The notes under the pieces: generated by a model
What the model saw: the letters and a program-made list of their open reading frames with translations, nothing else
Told to the model about the DNA's origin: nothing
The model's database searches: none
Shown: positions 21,350 to 30,984 of the stretch, one piece after another
Position numbering within the stretch: the stretch's first letter is position 1
How the letters are laid out: each line of letters begins with the position of its first letter
Translations under genes and position numbers: made by a program
Source: Octopus bimaculoides
Taxonomy: Eukaryota
Assembly (NCBI RefSeq): GCF_001194135.2
Contig: NC_068987.1
Coordinates: forward strand, 2,761,806-2,803,282
DNA length: 41,477 nt
Direction of reading: 5' to 3'

Positions 21350-21900
21350 GTATATCCTGAGAGTTTATACTCAAACTTCAGAAATAAGAGAGAGTAGAAC
21401 ACAAGTAAACCTTTACAGCTGTTTCTGGGGTTTGGTGCACAGTAGGTGTAGTATTCTGCATCGTTTTTATATAAACATTCACAAATGAATATGAAATAGG
21501 ATTATATCGTATAACACTCACTCCATCTTCTGAAGAGGGGTGAGTGTTCAATATAATGTTGAATTATCAGAATAATGCTACATGGTAGTGACATGTGAAT
21601 GCAGAGAACTTGCAAAGACTAGAATTAGTGTGCATGTATAAAGACGTGCAAATATGTTAAGAGAGTATTTAGAGGAATCAGATGTAATATGCAAGAGAGA
21701 ATCGCTGTACTGGCACGGTCATGTTACATGTATATAAGGTGATAGTTGCATAAAAAAAGTATAGATCTCAATGTGGACAAAAAGTGTGGAAGATGGAAAG
21801 CCAGGGAAAGTGAATCAAAGTAATGAAGACCAACCTGAGGATGCTGACAAAGCATCAAGATGGTTGGCAATTCACTGCTCAAAACAACCTGTCTATTTCA
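21350..21900 (+). pseudogene. RTE-clade LINE C-terminal fragment
   Basis: IMLHGSDM (compare MLHGSETW) and LREYLEES...LYWHGHV...DSCIKK (compare LRWYGHV.R...SCVKK); decayed. Confidence 0.75.
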
Positions 21901-21959
21901 GCAAATAATAAGGTCCTAAAAGCATATCATTTATGCCGATGCCCCTGCACTCAATCTTT

Positions 21960-22700
21960 GTCAAGCCTTCCTCATACCTCATCTTCTTAACACCTATCCT
22001 TCCATCATTCTTCTAACTACGGCACACTTCATTCAGCTGCTGTATTTGTGTAAGAACAGAACTGCATGCATTTCACTCTTCCTTTGTGGAACCATTTATA
22101 CTTCTCCTTGGAGCCACTTCCTTTTGTCACCCATCCTGCATTCTTAACATCATCCCTTCCTGCCTTATTCTTCGCTAAGCAACCTCTCATAACTGCTATC
22201 ATGCGATCCCTCCACCCATGGCCACTATTTCCACTCCTGCATTCCTCTTACCTCCATCCCTATTCCTGTGCATCCATCTCTCACCCTTTCCCCAAATTTC
22301 ACATCCTTTCCCTATTTCTCATCTCACTATGGTTTTATTATACTATTGCTCTCCACCACCACCCCTTTTAGTAGGGCCACCTATCACCTCTTCTTCCTCT
22401 AATTTCTTTCACCTCACCCAAAACTGAAATTCATCTTGACCATGCCTCCACCCATTTTCCCAATTCACAGTAAACCCCTCTGCCCCAATCTTTGTCTGCC
22501 AGTTTTTTACCACCCACCTTTTCACATCTTCTCCCCTTATCCCCCCCTTACATCCACCTTCTTCTACCTTGAAGTACACCCCCAGCACCTCATCCCCACC
22601 ATCTTTTTTCCCTTTCCTGCTGGGGTAACTATATATTTCCTCTGCAGCAAGACACATGGTCCTGTCTGTCCTTCTATCATACTTACTTTAGCTTCTCATC
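21960..22700 (+). mobile_element. Highly decayed retroelement, possibly PLE
   Basis: Pyrimidine-rich; weak traces such as PLPFVTHP and PLLHSS resemble PLE PLVLTYHP and LVHSS. Confidence 0.25.
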
Positions 22701-22744
22701 ACACCACCCCTCCCAAAGCAGACATTCAATGCAGTCTTCTGGCT

Positions 22745-22802
22745 TGTCCGATCCTGTTGAACTGTCCACTCCATGCTAGCAAGGAACATAGACATGAAAT
22801 GA
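22745..22802 (+). mobile_element. Degenerate family A-type 3' tail
   Basis: CTGTTGAACTGTCCACTCCATGCTAGCAAGGAACATAGACATGAAATGA resembles 411-460. Confidence 0.5.
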
Positions 22803-23084
22803 GAGCAACACGGATCGTGATAGTTACAACAAAAGGCACAAATATATTTACATCACCAAGGAAACCAAATTAAAACTTGCTACAAGTCACTTGATTTTCA
22901 CAAAAATCACACGTTTGTGCATATACAGCCCTGGGGACCATCTGGTACCTCAGCTTATGTCTTAACCAAAAGGATACGACACATTAAGCGTAGATGTATG
23001 TACATCTAACATTAGGTATGATGCGAACGGCAGTAATACGTTACAATATACATCAGCTGAATCATAATCGACCTGACGCTACAC

Positions 23085-23300
23085 CTACATGTAGGGATCA
23101 TACAGGTCCACAACTACATGTACTCTACATGTTGTACTCTAAATGTATCTAAGAGTTCCACGGCTGCATCTACACTAAACACCGGTGACATAGTTTCACA
23201 GCCACACGTATTCTAAATGTGTATCAAGTTCCCAGTTACATGTACTCGGTCCCACACAAACATGTACTCCAAATGTTTTATAGTTCCACAACTACATCTC
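23085..23300. repeat. Degenerate tandem repeat with TACATGTA/TCCACAACTAC core
   Basis: About five imperfect units of GTTCCACAACTACATGTACTCTAAATGT. Confidence 0.6.
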
Positions 23301-23384
23301 TCTCTCTCTGTCTCATACATATACACACAATAACAGACTCACATAAACATAACATACACACAATGGTATATTACATAAGCCAGC

Positions 23385-23546
23385 CTGTTAGATCTGCTGG
23401 AAACAGCAGTCTAATTCCTTCAAACCACACCCTATCGCTGTAAAACAGAAAGGACATTAGCGCGTCTTATCTATAAATGTGACAGTGATGACACAAGACT
23501 GATCATGTCTGTTGAAACACGGTAGACCTAGGGCTAAACTACATCG
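23385..23546 (+). mobile_element. Interspersed repeat family F
   Basis: GCTGGAAACAGCAGTCTAATTCCTTCAAACCACACCC...GACCTAGGGCTAAAC. Confidence 0.55.
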
Positions 23547-24753
23547 NNNNNNNNNNNNNNNNNNNNNNNNNNNNNNNNNNNNNNNNNNNNNNNNNNNNNN
23601 NNNNNNNNNNNNNNNNNNNNNNNNNNNNNNNNNNNNNNNNNNNNNNNNNNNNNNNNNNNNNNNNNNNNNNNNNNNNNNNNNNNNNNNNNNNNNNNNNNNN
23701 NNNNNNNNNNNNNNNNNNNNNNNNNNNNNNNNNNNNNNNNNNNNNNNNNNNNNNNNNNNNNNNNNNNNNNNNNNNNNNNNNNNNNNNNNNNNNNNNNNNN
23801 NNNNNNNNNNNNNNNNNNNNNNNNNNNNNNNNNNNNNNNNNNNNNNNNNNNNNNNNNNNNNNNNNNNNNNNNNNNNNNNNNNNNNNNNNNNNNNNNNNNN
23901 NNNNNNNNNNNNNNNNNNNNNNNNNNNNNNNNNNNNNNNNNNNNNNNNNNNNNNNNNNNNNNNNNNNNNNNNNNNNNNNNNNNNNNNNNNNNNNNNNNNN
24001 NNNNNNNNNNNNNNNNNNNNNNNNNNNNNNNNNNNNNNNNNNNNNNNNNNNNNNNNNNNNNNNNNNNNNNNNNNNNNNNNNNNNNNNNNNNNNNNNNNNN
24101 NNNNNNNNNNNNNNNNNNNNNNNNNNNNNNNNNNNNNNNNNNNNNNNNNNNNNNNNNNNNNNNNNNNNNNNNNNNNNNNNNNNNNNNNNNNNNNNNNNNN
24201 NNNNNNNNNNNNNNNNNNNNNNNNNNNNNNNNNNNNNNNNNNNNNNNNNNNNNNNNNNNNNAGAGAGAGAGAGAGAGAGAGACTATAGAATGGCAATGAT
24301 ATATAGTTTGCAGGTGAGACGAGGAAAACGTTTCTGCCTCTTTCAAAGCAGAAAGAGAGACAGATAGACACAGAACGAGAGAATCCTGCTGACGATGGCA
24401 AACATCTTTATATCGCCGCCTGAAGTGTGTGCGTATACACACACTACACACACTCACATACACACAACACATACACAACTAATAGTAGTGGTGGTGGTGG
24501 TGGTAGTAGCAGTAGTAATCAGTGTACACGTGCAACTGTTACAACTTCCTCAAAGTTTGTCCCAACAAACATATTGTTAATATACAAAATAACTAATTGT
24601 TGTTGTTAATTACAAGAACGAATATGATTAATTCAGCAGATATCGGTGGATTTGCAGAATCCGAAGTGCGTCGATCAAAATATCTCATATTTAAATAAAC
24701 GACCCTATAAGTCCCGGGTTCAGATCCCGCTACGGACGTCAACTTCGCCTTAC

Positions 24754-24806
24754 AACTTCCCTCCGTGACAAACACCATTGAACTAATTTAATCGATTGTT
24801 CACAAT
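24754..24806 (-). CDS. Candidate internal exon (alternative acceptors at 24806 and 24782)
   Basis: Strong donor GTT|GTAAGG; frames DCEQSIKLVQWCLSRREV or SMVFVTEGS; lies in unique CpG-rich DNA. Confidence 0.25.
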
Positions 24807-24829
24807 CTTAGCAATCAACATTATTCTGT

Positions 24830-25346
24830 ACGTGTGTGTATGTGTATATACATGTATATGTTATGTGTACGTTTATATTCTCCCATATTGTGTGTAAATT
24901 CCTCGGCACTGCCAATAATAATGTAGTAAATTGTGTGTATATGTCTATATATGTGTGTATATCATCAGACTTTATACAGTAAATGGTGTATATATGTATA
25001 CACACCATACTTAATAGAGTATTACAGTAAATTATAGAAGTATACCATTACACTTTATACGCTAATGTAATAAACCGTGTGTTTATGTGGGTGTATATTC
25101 CGCTATACTTATATAGTATAGTAGTACATTGTGTGTATGTCTAGGGTGTATATATTCCGCTAAACTATATAGCATGACTGTCTGTACATGTGTATGTATA
25201 TACGGATCCCGTTACATTTTATACAATAACGTAGTAAACTCTAGATGTGTGTATATATATATATATATATTACATTATATAGTATTGTAATATAAATGGT
25301 ATCTAGGTGTATATATACATATCCCATTATACATTAAACTGTATTT

Positions 25347-25406
<60 letters not shown>

Positions 25407-25480
25407 CTTCCTCAATGCTTTTATATAGTAATGTTAACTGTCTAGGTAAGTATATATTCCGCTATACTTTATATAGCCTT
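24830..25480. repeat. AT-rich degenerate minisatellite with TATATTCCGCTA units and (TA)n
   Basis: TATATTCCGCTA near 25094, 25151 and 25453, plus degenerate copies. Confidence 0.6.
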
Positions 25481-25690
25481 GTAACAAACTCTGTAATGTT
25501 TGGTTCTTGTAAACCATTAAAGAAACCAGTGTTATTGTTATTATTATTATTATTAAATGTGATGGTAGAAGTGGCCATACCCCTAATCCAGTTGCAAACG
25601 GTTTCAATATCCCTTCGTTTATATTTCATTTTCAATATAAAGGGGAAGTCACTTATTGTGATCACTTTAAAACAGCCTTTTACCCAACAC

Positions 25691-25766
25691 TAATCAGCTG
25701 ATAACATTAAGCAGAGTATACAAAAATATCTTGAGCTTGTTTGGGAAACAATAATCAGCTGATAAC
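25691..25766. promoter_or_regulatory. Two identical TAATCAGCTGATAAC motifs 61 bp apart
   Basis: Exact 15-mers at 25691-25705 and 25752-25766 (palindromic E-box ATCAGCTGAT overlapping GATAA). Confidence 0.35.
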
Positions 25767-26099
25767 AATAAGCGTCTGATTGCATTATCCGTGATTATAT
25801 TAAACGGTTTCTATTGTAATTCCGTCAAAGCGGAAATATTTTTCAGTTTTACCAGGTTAATTAAAAACCGTATGAGTAATTAGGTTCTGACAGTAATGAC
25901 AACAATGTGTGTGTGTGAAGGAAGGCGAGATGGTAAGGACCTCGTTTCACCCCATTTCAATAAAAGATACCAAAGGGAGACGAATGAAAGCCCTCACAAC
26001 AACTGGTCTCTTCGCTATACTATCCACACTTTAAGTAAGACATCATAATTATTAAACTTCGTGAAAAACGACGACGACACGGAGACCCTCTCGCTATGT

Positions 26100-26280
26100 G
26101 GTCGTGATACATGTTAGAAATAACAGCCAAGTTTATGCCAAATCACATCGTATTAAGAAAAAACGAAGAACAATTCGAAGACGAGATGAATAAGACACAA
26201 TAAGACGGGATGAATATGGATGGAAAACGTCTGATGAGAGGATAACGGGATCAAGTCTGACCTGGGGCTAAACAACATCT
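26100..26280 (+). mobile_element. Interspersed repeat family F
   Basis: GTTAGAAATAACAGCCAAG...TCTGACCTGGGGCTAAACAAC. Confidence 0.6.
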
Positions 26281-27730
26281 GTAAATAGGACGTCCTAGAA
26301 AGGGGTGGGGTCTCGAAGAGGAAATAGTTCACATGTGAAACTTAAAATGTTGGATCAGAAATTCAGGAAGTGTAAATCGCCACAACATCACTTCCTGGTT
26401 ACACACACACACACACACATACATGTATCAGATATATGGCATATCTATATTCGTGTGTGTATAAATGCGTATATTTATTACTATACAACCTTATGTGTTT
26501 GCAGATTCAATTAAAAACACCCGGGTACGTGTATAAAAATGTGAGGATGTATATAATATATATATATATATATGTGCGTGTATTAGTTTTCATATTCATA
26601 AACGAAATAAAAAAAAAAGAGTACTCAGTCGAGAGTGTATATGTTAAATGTCGAGCCTACATAAAAGAATACCCGTTATTTTTTCATTCATCTGTGCTGA
26701 GCCGTCTGCTAGATTACTTTACATATACACCCTTTATACATATATATACCCATATTACATACACGTATGTATGTATATATATATATATATATTATACACA
26801 TATACATAATCATAAATGGTTGGAAGGTGGGACCTGTTGCTTTTGAAATGTACTGAATTGAAGTGAGTATATAAACATACGCACACACACACATATATAT
26901 GTATACACACCCGTCTTCGTCTTTTGTTTTTTTTGTAAATTCTCACTATATATATATATATTATTTATATATATATGTATATATATATAAAGCAAATAAG
27001 TAAGAAGTACGTCCAGGTATTGATGCAAACAACATACATACATCGATAGAGAGAGGCGTCTGTAGAGTATCGGGTGGATATACGAGGAAGTGAATAACGA
27101 GTGTATGAAGAAAATCAGTTTAAATCACGAAGGTGTTGTTTGAGGGGTCGGGTAGATTCTGGCAAGCTATATAACGGATGTTTTGACGGATACAAATACA
27201 ATGTATGCATAATATATATATACATATGTGTGTATGTATGTATGTTTGTATGTGTGTAGGTGTGAGCGTGCATATAGAGACAGAGTGTATAATGACTAAA
27301 AGCTGAAAAATAGTGATTATTCATCTATGTGTGTGTGTGATGTATATATACATATATGTGTGTGTGATGTACATATACATGTATGTGTATGCGTGTATAT
27401 ATTTATACGTATATGCAAGTTATTCAATGATTGTGTATAGAGAGATATATGTATATATATATATATATGTGTGTGTACATACATATGCGTATGCACGCAT
27501 ACATGCGTGAATGCGCGTGTGTGTGTATAGATATATATAAATGCACACGTGTGTGTGTGTGTATACATAGGTGTGTATGTTTGTATACATACTACATACG
27601 TGTGTGTGTATATAGTCATGAAGGAAGAGATGTCAATAACAGTTTAAAAAGCACAAGAGTGAAGTGTGTATATACAGAGAGATGGTTGACGGGGTGTATG
27701 AAGGGTGTTTAAAGGTAATAATGTTGTTAC

Positions 27731-27791
27731 CTGCTTTTATCAGGAGATCAAGATTGTTCTTGCTGGCCGACCTACAGCATGTGGCAGCCAT
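27731..27791 (-). CDS. Candidate first coding exon MAATCCRSASKNNLDLLIKA
   Basis: CAAGATGGCTGCC start context, donor CAG|GTAACA, ETS-like CCGGAAG at 27868-27874 upstream, CpG-retaining region. A plus-strand exon at 27744-27853 is also possible. Confidence 0.35.
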
Positions 27792-27989
27792 CTTGCAATA
27801 GTAATAATAGTAATGGTGGTGGTGGCGGCGGCGGCGGTGAGATAATAAACGAGGTGAGGGGGGGAAACCGGAAGCAAAATAACATCAACACGCATTTTCA
27901 GCTACATACATACATACATGTGTGTGTACGTGTGTGTGTGAGACAGACAGACAGACAGACACGCACGCACACGCACACACACACACACA

Positions 27990-28410
27990 TCTTTTATCTG
28001 TTGCTTGTTTCGGTCATTAGACTGCGGCCATGTTGGGGCACCACCTTGAAGAATTTTCAGTTTAAATGAATCGACCGCAGAACTAATTTTTTTGTTTTTT
28101 TTTAAAATCCTGGTGCTTATCCTATCGAACCGCTACGTCACAGGTATGTAAACACACCGATACCAGTTGTCGAGAGGTGGTGAGGAACAAACACAGACAC
28201 AGACATGCACACAGATGTTTGTTCCACACCAACGCTTGACAACCGGTGTTGGTGTGTTTACATCCCCGTAATCTAGCTGTTCGGCAAAAGACGCCGATAG
28301 TACCAGGTGTAAAAAAAAAAAGGTAAGTACTGGGTCGATTCGTTCCACAATACATTCCTCAAGGCGGTACTCCAGCATGGCCGTAGTCGAATGCCTAAAA
28401 GAAGTAAAAC
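27990..28410. mobile_element. Head-to-head pair of SINE family B 3' halves
   Basis: 27990-28205 on the minus strand and 28215-28410 on the plus strand. Confidence 0.85.
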
Positions 28411-28552
28411 ATTTAAAATATGTAGGATAAATATTGTGAAAGCCGCTTAATATGATCGCTGTGCGGTGACAAAGACTTCTGTAATATCAACCGGCTGATA
28501 ACATCAATAATTATAACAGATGGTCAGATGGCTTTCATTATCTATATATGTA

Positions 28553-28680
28553 GTGGTATTCCGTCGGTTACGACGACGAGGGTTCTAGTTGTTTCGATCG
28601 ACGGAAAGCGTTAATGTAGTTCTCAGGGAAATTCAGCGTGACAAATCTGCTGGCCCTTTGAACACTGGAGCAACATGAAA
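28553..28680 (-). mobile_element. SINE family C, deleted fragment
   Basis: GGTTACGACGACGAGGGTTCTAGTTG...GGAGCAACATGAAA. Confidence 0.7.
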
Positions 28681-28681
28681 C

Positions 28682-28937
28682 AAAATACAGTTCTATATTT
28701 AAGACATGAGGAATTATGTACATTATTTACATTATTTACATTTGACAGATATTTGTCCTCATCTTGTTTGTTGTTAACACAACGTTTCGGCTGATATACC
28801 CTCCAGCCTTCATCAGGTGTCTTGGGGAAATTTCCAGCCTGGGTTGTCATTCCTAAGGTATTTTTCGATGTTATTATTAATAATAATAATAATAATAATG
28901 ATGATGATGATAATTATGACAACATCGAAAAATACCT
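28682..28937 (-). mobile_element. PLE family P3 terminus with intact HHR; a second inverted copy starts at 28921
   Basis: Shares ACATCGAA...AAATTTCCCCAAGACACCTGATGAAG with 17838-17878; 17-bp inverted repeat 28856-28872 / 28921-28937 flanks an (AAT)n(GAT)n array. Confidence 0.8.
28776..28821 (-). ncRNA. Minimal type I hammerhead ribozyme
   Basis: GACAC-CUGAUGA-A-GGCUG(G AGGGUAUA U)CAGCC-GA-AACGUU-GUGUU: canonical core, 5-6-bp stem II, palindromic AACGUU instead of stem III, 5-bp stem I, GUU site. Confidence 0.8.
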
Positions 28938-29774
28938 NNNNNNNNNNNNNNNNNNNNNNNNNNNNNNNNNNNNNNNNNNNNNNNNNNNNNNNNNNNNNNN
29001 NNNNNNNNNNNNNNNNNNNNNNNNNNNNNNNNNNNNNNNNNNNNNNNNNNNNNNNNNNNNNNNNNNNNNNNNNNNNNNNNNNNNNNNNNNNNNNNNNNNN
29101 NNNNNNNNNNNNNNNNNNNNNNNNNNNNNNNNNNNNNNNNNNNNNNNNNNNNNNNNNNNNNNNNNNNNNNNNNNNNNNNNNNNNNNNNNNNNNNNNNNNN
29201 NNNNNNNNNNNNNNNNNNNNNNNNNNNNNNNNNNNNNNNNNNNNNNNNNNNNNNNNNNNNNNNNNNNNNNNNNNNNNNNNNNNNNNNNNNNNNNNNNNNN
29301 NNNNNNNNNNNNNNNNNNNNNNNNNNNNNNNNNNNNNNNNNNNNNNNNNNNNNNNNNNNNNNNNNNNNNNNNNNNNNNNNNNNNNNNNNNNNNNNNNNNN
29401 NNNNNNNNNNNNNNNNNNNNNNNNNNNNNNNNNNNNNNNNNNNNNNNNNNNNNNNNNNNNNNNNNNNNNNNNNNNNNNNNNNNNNNNNNNNNNNNNNNNN
29501 NNNNNNNNNNNNNNNNNNNNNNNNNNNNNNNNNNNNNNNNNNNNNNNNNNNNNNNNNNNNNNNNNNNNNNNNNNNNNNNNNNNNNNNNNNNNNNNNNNNN
29601 NNNNNNNNNNNNNNNNNNNNNNNNNNNNNNNNNNNNNNNNNNNNNNNNNNNNNNNNNNNNNNNNCGATGGAAAGGGAGAGAAAAAAATGTGTGTCGAGAT
29701 TTACGGTTTCTCATGTTGAGATGACCGGCTGAAGGAGGCCGATGGAAGGGGAGATAACAGTGACTCGGCTGAAC

Positions 29775-29810
29775 CGGAATGCGCAGGCGCGTGTGTATGA
29801 GAGTATAAAT
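29775..29810 (+). promoter_or_regulatory. NRF1-like TGCGCAGGCGC with nearby CCGGAA and TATAAAT
   Basis: Motifs at 29780-29790 and 29804-29810 in CpG-rich unique DNA; motif match only. Confidence 0.25.
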
Positions 29811-30198
29811 GTGTGTGGTGGGGGAGCATGTGTGTATGTATGTGTGGAGTGTATTTATGTGAGTGTGTGAGTGTGGATGTGTGTATATGTTTGGGAGTGT
29901 GAGGGGATGAGTATAGTATACGTGTGCATAGTGTGGGTGTGTGCGTCAGGCTCTCAGATGTGTGTGCGTGTATACACGCGCGCGCATGCATACACACAGA
30001 CATTAACACGTACATATGAATTGCATCGGGTAACGAGGCCGTGGTTCGAGAGTTGCAAGGTATTGGGGAGTGTGTGCGACCATCTCTTTAGCCACTGCTG
30101 TCCCCAAGTCTTCACTGATTCAGAGTAGCACCGCTTGCCAGGGTCCCAGCTATGGGTAAATCAACATCTCACGGAATTGCTTCCGGAAGGTCACTCAC

Positions 30199-30254
30199 AG
30201 ACATCCCGACAGGACCCAGAGTAGAAGCGGCCCTTTAACCGTGTAGCTGCACAT
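30199..30254 (-). other. Candidate 56-nt exon (coding status unknown)
   Basis: Acceptor TTATCTCCTCTTAG and donor CT|GTGAGT; two frames open. Confidence 0.25.
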
Positions 30255-30368
30255 CTAAGAGGAGATAACTCCATACAAGCCCTGCATCACGTATCTTCGT
30301 TTATTGCGGGTGTTTGGTTAAATACGAAAAAAAAAAAAGAAACCAATAACGAATAATTGAACGTATGG

Positions 30369-30470
30369 GGAAAATAGGGTTCGTTTCAAGACCCCTAAGT
30401 TGTCCCCGTAACTTACCCAAATAGGGGTCGTTTCAACATCCCCAAGTTGTCCTTGTAACTTCCCAAGTAA
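30369..30470. repeat. Imperfect tandem duplication of about 50 bp
   Basis: AAATAGGGTTCGTTTCAAGACCCCTAAGTTGTCCCCGTAACTTACCCA versus AATAGGGGTCGTTTCAACATCCCCAAGTTGTCCTTGTAACTTCCCAAG. Confidence 0.8.
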
Positions 30471-30526
30471 CACCTCCAAGCAGTCTTTAAACACAAAAGG
30501 ATAATGTCTCATGACTGGAATAAAAT

Positions 30527-30880
30527 TTATAAAGGCGTGTTTGTGTGGTAAAATGTTTACTTTCCAGCCACATGGTTCCGGGTTCAGTCCTACTACGTGG
30601 CACCTTGGACAAATGTCTTCTGCTATAACCTCGGCAGGCCAAACCCTTGTGAGTAGATTTGGTAGACGGGAACTGAAAGAAACTCATCGTGTGTGTTTGT
30701 CCCCACCACCGCTTGATGACCGTTGTTAGGTGTGTTTACATCCACGTAACCAAACAGTTCGGCGAAAGACATCGATAGAATAACTACCAGGCTTATAAAG
30801 CACGGGTTGATTTGTTCGACTAAAATTCTTCAAGGCCATGCTCCAGTATGGTGGCAGTCTAATGGCTGAAGCAAGTTAAA
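30527..30880 (+). mobile_element. SINE family B, near full length
   Basis: Head GGCGTGTTTGTGTGGTAAAATG...CCACATGGTTCCGGGTTCAGTCC through tail GCTCCAGTATGGTGGCAGTCTAATGGCTGAAGCAAG. Confidence 0.88.
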
Positions 30881-30984
30881 ATAATAATTAAAAAGAAATA
30901 GCTGAAAAATATGTAACCGACGGAATACCAGTTATATGTTCGGCATGTTTATGCAGGATTAGGTTCTGCACAGTCACCATTATC

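Noticed and set aside
24593-24778. Stand-alone 61-aa ORF MVFVTEGSCKAKL...
   Set aside because: No recognisable homology; an internal GTAAGG donor suggests only its 5' part could be exonic.
10406-24806. Faint resemblance of candidate exon peptides to FAAP100/FANCB
   Set aside because: Only a few scattered residues match from memory; insufficient for a gene symbol.
26231-26260. CTGATGA in a family F repeat; likewise CTGACGA near 24388 and the reverse motif near 13107
   Set aside because: No hairpin followed directly by GAAA and no closing stems.
1174-27853. Plus-strand exon candidates (1174-1190, 5053-5155, about 12993-13053, donor at 25445, 27744-27853)
   Set aside because: Splice signals are as good as on the minus strand, but no coherent or recognisable protein results; left unresolved rather than reported.
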